Source: an uncultured bacterium
GTDB lineage: Bacteria > Acidobacteriota > Aminicenantia > Aminicenantales > Saccharicenantaceae
Assembly (NCBI GenBank): GCA_963805015.1
Contig: CAWDSL010000026.1
Location: forward strand, 79,125-143,124
DNA length: 64,000 nt
Direction of reading: 5' to 3'
A program made the position numbers and the translations under genes. The notes beneath the pieces were generated by a model. It ran no database searches, had not been told where the DNA came from, and worked only from the letters and a program-made list of their open reading frames with translations. This document shows, one piece after another, positions 53,760 to 64,000 of the stretch. Numbering within the stretch: position 1 is the first letter of the stretch; the number at the start of each line of letters is the position of its first letter.

Positions 53760-55021
53760 GCGAAGACGCCTCCGCCCGCAAAGAGCTCGCGGCCGTCAAG
53801 GGCACCCGGGACATCCTCCCCGGCGAGGTCGAGAAGTGGCAGGCCCTCGAGCGCCTGGCCCGGGAGATCTTCGAGCGCTACGGCTACCGGGAGCTCCGGG
53901 CCCCGGTCTTCGAGTCCACCGAGCTCTTCGAGAAGGGCACCGGGTCGACCTCCGACATCGTCACCAAGGAGATGTATACCTTCGTCGACAAGGGCGGCCG
54001 CTCGCTGACCCTGCGGCCCGAATACACGCCCTCGGTCGTCCGGGCCATCGTCGAGCACCGGCTCGACCTCCAGCCCGAGCCCCTGCGCTACTACTACATG
54101 GGCCCGATGTTCCGCTACGACAAGCCCCAGAAGGGGCGTTACCGCCAGTTCCACCAGGTCGACGTCGAGGTCTTCGGCGAGAAGGACCCGGCCCTCGACG
54201 CCGAGATCGTCGAAATGGCCGACGCGCTGCTCCGCCGGCTCGGCGTCGCCGGGACCGAGACCCTGGTCAACTCGGTCGGCTGCCGGGCCTGCCGCCCGGC
54301 CTACAGCGCGGCCCTGCGGGAAGCGGCCGGGAAGCGCCGGGCCGAGCTCTGCCCCGACTGCCAGAGGAAGGCCGAGACGAACCCGCTCCGCATCTTCGAC
54401 TGCAAGGTCGAGGCCTGCCGGGCCGTGGCCGCCTCGTTCCCGCTCATCCGGGACTATCTCTGCGACGAATGCCGGGAGCACTTCGCCAAGTTCCTGGCTT
54501 CGCTCGACCTCTACGGCCTCGCCTACCGCGTGGAGCCGCGCCTCGTCCGCGGCCTCGACTACTATACCAAGACCACGTTCGAGATCGTCACCTCCCACGA
54601 GGGAGCCCAGAACGCCCTCCTCGGCGGCGGGCGCTACGACGACATGATGCGGGACTTCGGCGGGCCGGACCTCTGCGGCATCGGCTTCGCCATGGGCATG
54701 GAACGGGTCCTGGCCGTCGCCGACCTGACGCCGCCGGCCCGGCGGACCCTCTATCTCGCCTACCTGGGCGAGGAGGCTAAGAAGGCGGGCCAGGAGCTGG
54801 CCCGCTTTTTCCGGGCGAACGGCGTCGAATGCCTGGTGGAGTTCAAGGACCGCGGCATGAAGGCCCATTTCGGCCGGGCCAACAAGCTCGGCGCGGCCTG
54901 GGTCCTGGTCGTCGGCGAGGACGAGATAAAGAAGGGCCGCTTCGGCCTCAAGGACATGGCCGGCGGCCGCCAGGTCGAGGGCACCCGCGAGGAGCTCCTG
55001 GCCTTCCTCCGGGAAAATTGA
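53756..55021 (+). CDS. hisS: histidine-tRNA ligase
   Basis: The GTG start overlaps the accA stop (GTGA). ..VKGTRDILPGE..MYTF.DKGGRSLTLRPE.T..RYYY.GPMFRYDKPQKGRYRQFHQ.. are class IIa HisRS motifs. Confidence 0.9.
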   Translation: MSEDASARKELAAVKGTRDILPGEVEKWQALERLAREIFERYGYRELRAPVFESTELFEKGTGSTSDIVTKEMYTFVDKGGRSLTLRPEYTPSVVRAIVEHRLDLQPEPLRYYYMGPMFRYDKPQKGRYRQFHQVDVEVFGEKDPALDAEIVEMADALLRRLGVAGTETLVNSVGCRACRPAYSAALREAAGKRRAELCPDCQRKAETNPLRIFDCKVEACRAVAASFPLIRDYLCDECREHFAKFLASLDLYGLAYRVEPRLVRGLDYYTKTTFEIVTSHEGAQNALLGGGRYDDMMRDFGGPDLCGIGFAMGMERVLAVADLTPPARRTLYLAYLGEEAKKAGQELARFFRANGVECLVEFKDRGMKAHFGRANKLGAAWVLVVGEDEIKKGRFGLKDMAGGRQVEGTREELLAFLREN

Positions 55022-55037
55022 TCGTTCGGGGATCCCC

Positions 55038-56801
<1,764 letters not shown>

Positions 56802-56891
56802 TCTCGGGCCACCCGCGGCCGGGCCGATCAGGAAATCCGGCCTAAGCCGGAAGACCGGATCCGAGAAAAATATGACGGTCTTCTTCGGATT

Positions 56892-56919
56892 CCGGGAGAG
56901 CCCTCTCTCCGGCTTTTTT
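56892..56919 (+). terminator. intrinsic terminator downstream of aspS
   Basis: CCGGGAGAG-ccct-CTCTCCGG (8 bp with one bulged G) followed by CTTTTTTC. About 90 nt after the aspS stop. Confidence 0.55.
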
Positions 56920-56998
56920 CGGAGATATCCTCTAGCTCCCCGGCCCCCCGGGGAACGGGAAGCGCACTCTCGGTGAGCGGACCGGGCAGAAGTCCGGC

Positions 56999-57102
56999 GG
57001 AGCGACTCGGAGTCTCGGGCTCCTGCGAAGCATCTGGGAGAAAGCACTTTCTCCAGATATTCTCCCAGCGCCGCCCCTCCGAGTTCCTCCGGGGCGGCGC
57101 TG
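56999..57102. repeat. composite intergenic repeat (locus R3, inverted relative to R2)
   Basis: GGAGCGACTCGGAGTCT (56999-57015). AGCACT-loop hairpin (57031-57058). Hairpin CAGCGCCGCCCC-TCCGAGTTCCTCC-GGGGCGGCGCTG (57066-57102), with a stem identical to the R2 hairpin. Confidence 0.65.
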
Positions 57103-57121
57103 ATGGGAGAAGAACCAAATA

Positions 57122-59710
57122 TTAGCGGGGGAGGCGTGTTTCCGCGACGAGGGCGCCGGGGATCGCCAGCAGGGCGAAGATGAAGGTCTTCCAGAGGATG
57201 CCGAGGGCCATATTCCCGCCGCTTATGGCCGGCCCAGCCGCCGCGAGGATTCCCGGGACGAGCGGCGTCAGGAAGGCGTTGACGAGCCCGTAGACGAGGC
57301 CGACGAGGGCGCCGGCCGCGATACCCGCCGCGACGCGCTTGCCCATCTTCTTCCGCCGCGACCACAGCGACGCCAGGAAGCCCGCCATGATCGGGGCCAA
57401 GAACACGGCCCACCAAACGTCCTTCAGGATGGGCACGCGTCCGGTCGAGCGGACGAACAGGAGGTCCGCCAGGCCGGTGAGCATCGCCCCGATGAGAACC
57501 GCCGCCGGGACAGCGGCCCAGCGGGGCCTCTTGGCCGCCGCGAGTTCGTCCCTCTTCCGGATCCGTATCCCCAGGCTGAGCGGGTAGTTGTAGAACGCGT
57601 CGAACACGGCGTGCTCGAGCCAGGCTCCCCGCTCGCCGAAGACGGGCACGACGTGGACGGCCTCGGTGGCCCAATGGCCGGCCATGAAACGGGCCAGCTC
57701 GGGGAAGCGGTAGGCCATCTGCAGCGGGAAGGCCAGGTAGCCGATGATCTTGAAGAAGCTCACCGGCAGGGCCAGCCGGTAGTCCTTGATGTTCTTCTCT
57801 TTGATGACCAGGCCGAGAACGTAGAAGCCGCGGATGAGAGAGCCCGGAGAAACGGGGAGCAGGTTGAAAGCCGCGATGATGACCGCGGCCCGGGCCGTCG
57901 CTTCGGCCCAGCCGAACTCGGGGTGGCCGAGGATGTAGACCGCGGCGATCGTCAGGAAGACCGTCTCCGAGACGAACAGCGTCGCCAGGTGCACGGCCAA
58001 GCTCTTCAGGTATTTCTGGATGTAGGGCTCGTCGACCTGGGCCAGGATGCGGGCGGCGTCGGCGTCGCTGAGCATCCGGTTCCGGCGGCCGTCCTCGACC
58101 ATGTCCTTGAGCCACTTCTCGCGGACCGAAGGCTTGAAATAGAGCTGGAACGGCCGGACGAACATCGCCTGCAGACGTTCCTTGAAGTAGGACTTGTCCG
58201 TCAGGAACCGGTGCACGCCCGGAGGCAGGACGGCTAAAGGACGGTTGAGGACGTAATAAGCGGGCTTGTCGGCGATGGCCAGGGCCCGCCGGTCGCTCAC
58301 GCGTCCGGACCGGTGCCAGCCGATGAGGGCCTCGGCCACGTGGCCGCGGAAAGCCCGGATGAGGTAGCCGGCTTGGCCGAAGAACGCCCGGTAATGGCGG
58401 CGCAGGTCGCCGCGCCCCCAGAGCCTGCGGACGAAGGGGCCGAGGAGCGGCAGGAGCCAGAGCCCCCACAGACCGATCGACCGCCCCGGGAACGCGAAGA
58501 CGAGCAGGAGGGGGGTGAGGACCTGCAGAAGGCCGAGAAGAAGGAAGAGGAGCGCAACGAAGCGGTTCTTGGCCAGAGTCCCGCCCGCCGTCTCGTCGGC
58601 CATGTTGCGGATCCGCCAGCTCCGGACCCATCCGGCATGGATGGCCGTCCGGAGCTTTCGCCGGGTGAGCAGGCGGACGTGGTGGTAGGCGAGGTCGGGC
58701 TGGGAATCGCGGTAGGCCCCATCGGCCTTCCTGAGCTCCGCGAGCGCGCCGGCCATGTCGCCGAAGACGGCCGGCCTGGCGGCCGCGTACGCTTCGAGCT
58801 TGGCGGTGTCGCCCCGGTCGAACTGGACGAGACGGCCCCGGGCGAGGCCCCGGGCGATCAGCTTGAAATCCGCGGGGCACTGAGGCAGGAAGGGCAGCAG
58901 GGCCATGCCGGCCCGGAAATCGACGGCCACGAGTCCGCGCTCGGGATCGGCGTCCGCCTCCGTGCGCTTGAGCGCGTTGGGCTGGCTCTTCATCGTCCAC
59001 CACTCGTACTGGCGGGCGAGCTCGGGGGCGCCCATGTCGTGCATGAGCCCGACGAGCCCGGCCATGAAGGTCCGCTTGGACCGGTATTCCGGGGAGCCCA
59101 AGCCTTCGGCCGGCTTGCCGGGCTTCCAGCCGAGCCGGGCAAAGAGGCCGTCGTCGACTTCGTAGCGCCAGAGCCGGCCGTCCACCCACTCGCTGATCTC
59201 GCCGCAGCTGCCGAGGACCGGATCGACGAGCGTGGCCAGGACGTCGACGACGGCCCGCTCCGAGCCCAGGCGCTCCCGCGCGCCTCTTCGGATGAACTTC
59301 TGCCAGAGGGCCCCGGCCCGGGCCGCGTCCGGGTTGACCTGGGGGGCGAACGGGGCTTGGAAGCCCAACCCGTAGAAGAAGTTACGGACGGCCCGTCCGA
59401 ACCCCGAGACGGGGACGAGGACCTTGAGGGCGTACACGCCGCCCGGCTCGAGCCCTTCGAGGGGCCCCTCCGGAGCATCGATCTCGAGGACCCGGACCCG
59501 GTAGACCTGGCCCGCGTAGCCGCCGCCGACGTGCCGTTCGACCGACAGCTTGACGCGCGCCGGCCGGTCCGGCCAGACCCCTCGGACGTCGTACTCGAGG
59601 ACCTCGAGCGGCTCGTAACGGCGGAGGCGGAGAGGCCGGAGGAGCGCCGCTACCGAGAAGCGGCGCTCGAGCTCGCGGCGGACCCCGCCGGAATATTCGG
59701 GCTCGGTCAT
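57122..59710 (-). CDS. large polytopic membrane protein with N-terminal atypical kinase-like (ABC1/UbiB-like) domain
   Basis: 862-aa ORF. N-terminal ..HVGGGYAGQVYRV..YALKVL..EISEWVDGRLW..VAVDFRAG.. resembles the glycine loop / Lys / hinge / DFG layout of ABC1-type kinases. The C-terminal ~500 aa has about 10-12 hydrophobic segments. The assignment is tentative. Confidence 0.55.
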   Translation of the reverse strand: MTEPEYSGGVRRELERRFSVAALLRPLRLRRYEPLEVLEYDVRGVWPDRPARVKLSVERHVGGGYAGQVYRVRVLEIDAPEGPLEGLEPGGVYALKVLVPVSGFGRAVRNFFYGLGFQAPFAPQVNPDAARAGALWQKFIRRGARERLGSERAVVDVLATLVDPVLGSCGEISEWVDGRLWRYEVDDGLFARLGWKPGKPAEGLGSPEYRSKRTFMAGLVGLMHDMGAPELARQYEWWTMKSQPNALKRTEADADPERGLVAVDFRAGMALLPFLPQCPADFKLIARGLARGRLVQFDRGDTAKLEAYAAARPAVFGDMAGALAELRKADGAYRDSQPDLAYHHVRLLTRRKLRTAIHAGWVRSWRIRNMADETAGGTLAKNRFVALLFLLLGLLQVLTPLLLVFAFPGRSIGLWGLWLLPLLGPFVRRLWGRGDLRRHYRAFFGQAGYLIRAFRGHVAEALIGWHRSGRVSDRRALAIADKPAYYVLNRPLAVLPPGVHRFLTDKSYFKERLQAMFVRPFQLYFKPSVREKWLKDMVEDGRRNRMLSDADAARILAQVDEPYIQKYLKSLAVHLATLFVSETVFLTIAAVYILGHPEFGWAEATARAAVIIAAFNLLPVSPGSLIRGFYVLGLVIKEKNIKDYRLALPVSFFKIIGYLAFPLQMAYRFPELARFMAGHWATEAVHVVPVFGERGAWLEHAVFDAFYNYPLSLGIRIRKRDELAAAKRPRWAAVPAAVLIGAMLTGLADLLFVRSTGRVPILKDVWWAVFLAPIMAGFLASLWSRRKKMGKRVAAGIAAGALVGLVYGLVNAFLTPLVPGILAAAGPAISGGNMALGILWKTFIFALLAIPGALVAETRLPR

Positions 59711-59726
59711 CGGGTTGTCATCAGAT

Positions 59727-61193
59727 CTACGGGATCTTGATCTCCTGTCCCGTCATCGGGTCGATGAGGTTGACCTTGTGGACCTTGCCCAGCTTGTCGA
59801 GCGGGCCCGGCCACTTTTCGCCGCCCTTGTTGCAGGGCTCCCAGTCGCCGACGATCATCATCGCGATCTGGCCGGGCTGGATGTATTTCGTCGCCACCTC
59901 CCGGACCCGGGCTTTGGTGACGGCCCGGATCTTCGCCAGGTAGGTCTTATAGTAGTCCATCGGCTTACCGGTCATCTCGAGATTGGCGAAGTTCGACATC
60001 GTGGTCTGCGGCGACTGGAAGTTGTCGGCGAAGCTTTCGAGATAGTAGTTGATGGCGGTCTCCATCTCGGCGTCGGTGACGGGCGCCTGGCGGATCCGGT
60101 CGAACTCGGCCAGGATGAGGGAGATGGCGTAGCCGACGGTCGACGACTTCGTCTGGACGTAGCCGGCGAAGGTGCCCGGCAGGCCCCAGCGATAGGTGAA
60201 GCGGCTGCCCTGGTTGTAGGACAGTCCCTCGTCGGAGCGGACCTTGGTCGTGATCCGCGAGGTGAAGCTGCCGCCGCCGAGGATGAAGTTCATGACCTGG
60301 ACGGCGAAGTAGTCGGGGTTGGTGTCCTCGAGGCCGAGGTGGCCCAGGCTGATGTAGCCCTGGTTGATGGCCTTCTGGATGAAATACACGCCCGGCTCCG
60401 GGGACGGGAAAGCCTTGGGCAGCGCCGGGAAGGCGACCGCCCCGCCCTTCCAGCCGGCGGCGAGCTTGTCGATCTTGGCTTTGAGGGCGGCCTTGGAGAG
60501 ATCGCCGGAGACGGCCAGGATGATGTTCTTCGGCGAGAAGTACTTGGTGTGGAAGGCCTTGAGATCGGCCGCCGTGACGCCCTCATAGGTCGCCTTGGCC
60601 GGCTGCCAGGTCACGGCGTTGTCGCCGTAGAGGAGCTTCTCGTACTCCCGGTTGAGGACGCCGTTCGGCTGGTCGTTGGCCTGGCGCAGCTGTTCGACGA
60701 AGCGGGCCTTGGCCAGCTTCAGCGGCTCCTCGCGGAAAGCCGGGTTCCGGAGCACGTCGAAGAACGTGGCCAGGCCCTCGTCGAGGTCCTTCGCCAGGAC
60801 CGAGAGGCTCAGCGTGGCGGTCCGTTCGCCGACCATGAAGTTCAGGGTCCCGCCGAGGAAATCGATGCGGTCCTCGATCGCCGGACCCTCCTTGGCGGCC
60901 GTGCCGCCCTTGATGAGCTGGTCGCCGAGCAGCCGGCCAAGCCCGGCCTTGTCCTTGGGGACATAGAGATCGCCGCAATGGACGATCGCGGAGATGTTGA
61001 AGAGCGGCAGGCTCTTGTCCTCCTGGACGTAGGCGCGGAGCCCGCCCGCGTAGACGGTCCGGAAGGCCTTGGGGTCCGGCGGCTCGTACTTGAGGGCCGG
61101 GTAGGTCAGCTCGGAGGGGTGCTTGGCCTGGGCCAGGCCCAGTCCCGTGCAGGCGAAGGTGAGCGCCAGGATGGCGATGATCGCTTTTTTCAT
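59727..61193 (-). CDS. M16-family peptidase-like protein lacking the HxxEH zinc motif (non-catalytic partner)
   Basis: 488-aa ORF with a signal peptide and M16 fold-like sequence, but ..GLGRLLGDQLIKGGT.. where the zinc motif would be. Adjacent to a catalytic M16 gene. Confidence 0.75.
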   Translation of the reverse strand: MKKAIIAILALTFACTGLGLAQAKHPSELTYPALKYEPPDPKAFRTVYAGGLRAYVQEDKSLPLFNISAIVHCGDLYVPKDKAGLGRLLGDQLIKGGTAAKEGPAIEDRIDFLGGTLNFMVGERTATLSLSVLAKDLDEGLATFFDVLRNPAFREEPLKLAKARFVEQLRQANDQPNGVLNREYEKLLYGDNAVTWQPAKATYEGVTAADLKAFHTKYFSPKNIILAVSGDLSKAALKAKIDKLAAGWKGGAVAFPALPKAFPSPEPGVYFIQKAINQGYISLGHLGLEDTNPDYFAVQVMNFILGGGSFTSRITTKVRSDEGLSYNQGSRFTYRWGLPGTFAGYVQTKSSTVGYAISLILAEFDRIRQAPVTDAEMETAINYYLESFADNFQSPQTTMSNFANLEMTGKPMDYYKTYLAKIRAVTKARVREVATKYIQPGQIAMMIVGDWEPCNKGGEKWPGPLDKLGKVHKVNLIDPMTGQEIKIP

Positions 61194-61203
61194 CTCGTCC
61201 TCC

Positions 61204-62718
61204 TTACCGGCCCGACTTCCGGGTGTAGACGGCCGTCAGGCTGTTGTCCTTGACGAAGTACTTGGCGGCCACGCGCTTGATGTCGTCGTTGGTGACCTTC
61301 TGGAGCTCCTCGAGATCGGTCAGGATGGACCGCCAGCCCCGCTTGAGCTCGGCCCGGCCGACCCGGCTGGCCAGGCCCATGGTGCTGGAGAGGCTGCGGA
61401 TGAACGTGGCCTCGCCCTTGTTCTTGGCCTTCTGGATCTCTTCCTCCGTCAGGCCCTCCTTCTTGATCTTCTCGATCTCGGCCCAGATCTCCTTCTCCAG
61501 GTCCTCGGGCTTGACGCCCTTGTCGACGCGCGGCGTCGCGCTGAACTGGAAGGCGCCGGCGTACCACTGGGGCCGGCTCGAGGCCGAGGCGTTGACGGCC
61601 AGCTGCTTGTCGCGGACGAGGCTCTTGGTGAGGCGCCCCGTCCCGCCGCCGCCCCCCATGCCGCGGAAGCCGCCGCCTCCCGAGCCCAGCGTGCCGGCCA
61701 GGATCGAAAGGGCCTGGGTGTCCGGGCTGCCGTCGGGCGGGATGTGGAACATCATCTGCAGGCTCGTCGGGGCCGGGCCCTCGCCGTAGAACCGCTTCTC
61801 GCTGTACTGCGGCGGTTCGCCCGTGCGGATGGGCTCGAGGTCCGGGCCCTTGGGGATGCGGCCGAAGTACTTCTCGGCCAGGGCCGTGATCGCCGCCGGA
61901 TCGAATTCGCCGACGTAGATGGCCACGGCGTTGTTGGGGACGTAATAGGTGTTGTGGAAGGCGACGAGATCTTCCTTGGTCATCTTCTTGAGGTCGTCCA
62001 TCCAGCCGATGACGTCCCAGTGGTAGGGCGAGGCCGTGTAGAAGGCGGCCTGGACCTGCTCGCCGAAGAAGTAGCCGGGCTGGTTCTCGCTCAGCCGGCG
62101 CTCCTCCATGATGACGTCCTTCTCGGAATAGAACTCGCGGAACCGGGCGTTCATCATCCGGTCGGACTCCATGAGCATCTGGAGCTCGACCTTGTTCGAG
62201 GGCAGGGTGACGTAGTAGCCCGTCGTCTCCTGGCTGGTCGAGGCGTTGAGCCCGGTGCCGCCGTTCTTCATGTACTGCGTCCAGAGGTCGTCCTTGATGA
62301 TGAAGGTCTTCTGAGCCTTGACCAGCTCGTCGACCTCCTTCTGCCACGCCGCGATCCGGGCCTGGTCGCCGCCGTCCTTCCAAAATCTCTCCCGGTAGAT
62401 CTGGGCCATGAGCCCGTCGATCTTGGCGTCGATCGCGGATTCCTTGGCGTAGTCGGTGACGCCCATGACCTCGGTGCCCTTGAACATCAGGTGCTCGTGG
62501 ACGTGGGCGCTGCCGGTGATGCCGGGGCGCTCGTTGATCGAGCCGACCTTGAAGTAGATGTGGCAGACGACGCGGGGCGCGCCCGGCTTGGGGATCATCA
62601 GGATCTTCATGCCGTTGGCCAGGACGTGCTCCTTGACGTCCAGAGTGACCGGGCCGGCCGTGACGAAGGCCGCCAGGATGACCGCCGCGGCGGCGAGAGC
62701 GAGAATGCGCTTGTTCAT
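61204..62718 (-). CDS. M16-family (pitrilysin/insulinase-like) zinc peptidase
   Basis: Start MNKRILALAAAAVILAAF (ATG 62718 after AGGAGGTG). Inverted zinc motif in ..GSAHVHEHLMFKGT.. (HxxEH). Confidence 0.85.
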   Translation of the reverse strand: MNKRILALAAAAVILAAFVTAGPVTLDVKEHVLANGMKILMIPKPGAPRVVCHIYFKVGSINERPGITGSAHVHEHLMFKGTEVMGVTDYAKESAIDAKIDGLMAQIYRERFWKDGGDQARIAAWQKEVDELVKAQKTFIIKDDLWTQYMKNGGTGLNASTSQETTGYYVTLPSNKVELQMLMESDRMMNARFREFYSEKDVIMEERRLSENQPGYFFGEQVQAAFYTASPYHWDVIGWMDDLKKMTKEDLVAFHNTYYVPNNAVAIYVGEFDPAAITALAEKYFGRIPKGPDLEPIRTGEPPQYSEKRFYGEGPAPTSLQMMFHIPPDGSPDTQALSILAGTLGSGGGGFRGMGGGGGTGRLTKSLVRDKQLAVNASASSRPQWYAGAFQFSATPRVDKGVKPEDLEKEIWAEIEKIKKEGLTEEEIQKAKNKGEATFIRSLSSTMGLASRVGRAELKRGWRSILTDLEELQKVTNDDIKRVAAKYFVKDNSLTAVYTRKSGR

Positions 62719-62753
62719 CTCCGACACCTCCTGGGAACTGATGACGATATATT

Positions 62754-63842
62754 TTAGACGTATTTCCGGTATTTTGCCTTCCGTTTGAGCGCGGCGACGA
62801 CGTCCCTGACCCTTTGGTCGAGGGAGGCGTCGCAGACGAGCAGGGCGTCGCCGGCCTCGACGACGATGAGGTCGCGGACCCCGACGAGGGCCGTCAGGCG
62901 CCCGGGATTCCAGACGAGACAGCCCTTGGCGTCGAGGGCCAGCGTCTCGCCGCGGGCGGCGTTGCCGGCCTGGTCCCGCGGCCAGATGTCGAGGAGCGCC
63001 GACCAGGCGCCGACGTCCGACCAGCCGAAGTCGCCGTCGGCGACGAGGACGCCGCCGGCCTTCTCCATGAGGGCGTAGTCGATCGACAGGGCCGGGACCC
63101 GGGCGAACGCGGCCTTGAGCCGGGCGGCGCTTCCCGACTTCAGGGCCGCGACAAGGGCCGTCCAGGCGGGGACCAGCTCGGGCGCCCAGGCTTCGATCTT
63201 CTCGGCGAAAACGCCGGCGCGCCAGAGGAACATCCCGGAGTTCCAGGCGTAGTCCCCGGAGGCCAGGTATTCGTCGGCCTGGGCCAGGTTCGGTTTCTCC
63301 TTGAAGGCCAGGACCGGATAGAAGGCCTTCCCGCCGAACTTCCTGCCGCTCGCCCGGTCGTGCCGGATGTAGCCGTAGCCCGTGGCGGGATAGGTCGGCG
63401 GGATGCCGAAGGTCACGAGGACCCTCTCCTTCGAGGCGGCCTCGGCGCCGGCCTGCAGGACGCGGCGGAACCCGGCCTCGTCGCGGATGAGGTGGTCGGC
63501 CGGCAGCACGGCCACGACGGCCTCGGGATCGTCGAGCCAGACCCGGGCCGTGGCCAGCATGAGCGCCGGCGCCGTGTTGCGGGCCAGGGGCTCGACGAGA
63601 AAGCATTCCTTCGGCAGGCGCGGCAGGAGCTTGCGCGCCGCGCGCGTCTGGACGGCGTCGGCGACGAGCGTCACCCGCCGGCCGGATACGAGCGGCCGGA
63701 GGCGCCGGACGGTCTGGACGAGCATCGGGTCCCGTCCCGTGATACGGAGGACCTGCTTGGGCCGGGCTTCGCGGCCGAGCGGCCAGAACCGGGTCCCCCG
63801 CCCGCCGGCCAGGATGACGGCCCGAAGGTCCGGCCTGTTCAT
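62754..63842 (-). CDS. mannose-1-phosphate guanylyltransferase
   Basis: 362-aa ORF. N-terminal ..AVILAGGRGTRFWPL.R...PKQ.. nucleotidyltransferase motif and ManC-like layout without the C-terminal isomerase domain. Confidence 0.85.
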   Translation of the reverse strand: MNRPDLRAVILAGGRGTRFWPLGREARPKQVLRITGRDPMLVQTVRRLRPLVSGRRVTLVADAVQTRAARKLLPRLPKECFLVEPLARNTAPALMLATARVWLDDPEAVVAVLPADHLIRDEAGFRRVLQAGAEAASKERVLVTFGIPPTYPATGYGYIRHDRASGRKFGGKAFYPVLAFKEKPNLAQADEYLASGDYAWNSGMFLWRAGVFAEKIEAWAPELVPAWTALVAALKSGSAARLKAAFARVPALSIDYALMEKAGGVLVADGDFGWSDVGAWSALLDIWPRDQAGNAARGETLALDAKGCLVWNPGRLTALVGVRDLIVVEAGDALLVCDASLDQRVRDVVAALKRKAKYRKYV

Positions 63843-64000
63843 ACCGCACCGAGCCGGTTGATGACCTTCTGGAGGAGGCCGCGCACTTCCTTCTGGATGG
63901 CGGCCAGATCGGCCTCGGTGTCGGCCTCGAACCGGAGGACGATGACGGCCTGGGTGTTCGAGGCCCGGACAAGCCCCCAGCCCGCCGGGAAGACGGCCCG
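63839..64000 (-). CDS. phosphomannomutase/phosphoglucomutase, C-terminal end (gene runs off the window)
   Basis: Reverse-strand translation ..RAVFPAGWGLVRASNTQAVIVLRFEADTEADLAAIQKEVRGLLQKVINRLGAV, whose stop overlaps the downstream ATG (ATGA). GW.L.R.SNT.P....RFEA is the PGM/PMM domain IV signature. Confidence 0.7.
   Translation of the reverse strand, partial: RAVFPAGWGLVRASNTQAVIVLRFEADTEADLAAIQKEVRGLLQKVINRLGAV

Overview
GC-rich (about two-thirds G+C by eye, not computed) bacterial chromosomal segment with about 50 protein genes. I recognised no rRNA, tRNA, CRISPR array, transposase or integrase. All family calls rest on motifs read from the translations; no search was run.

Gene content:
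- Secreted and periplasmic proteolysis: two M14 paralogs, M28, an M16 pair, a tricorn-like S41 protease and an Ntn hydrolase.
- A Tat-exported Gfo/Idh/MocA oxidoreductase next to a HEAT/DUF1080 protein, and an alkaline phosphatase.
- An acetate-uptake locus (DUF485-actP).
- A peroxide-stress operon: Fur-family regulator, rubrerythrin, catalase.
- A reverse-strand run of repair and stress genes (ogt, radC, recA, SOD, class II photolyase, corA), plus uvrA.
- Housekeeping genes: rlmB, accA, hisS, aspS, mannose-1-P guanylyltransferase.

Most interesting observations:
1. An acpS / Acs-type ligase / dedicated ACP / Kbl-like alpha-oxoamine synthase operon. A second, canonical kbl lies elsewhere in the window.
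2. A PHP-Cache-PAS-CBS-DUF294 nucleotidyltransferase protein (once one frameshift is repaired), divergent from DUF485-actP.
3. A very AT-rich ~220-bp island carrying a near-consensus sigma-54 promoter in front of a DUF5658 / HTH-only / Ntn-hydrolase cassette.
4. Two families of intergenic repeats: a 27-nt element that forms a MITE-like inverted pair, and 37-nt hairpin modules with compensatory stem changes.
5. At least nine single-nucleotide frame disruptions in otherwise well-conserved genes, three of them in the catalase. This points to assembly indels and/or recent gene decay.
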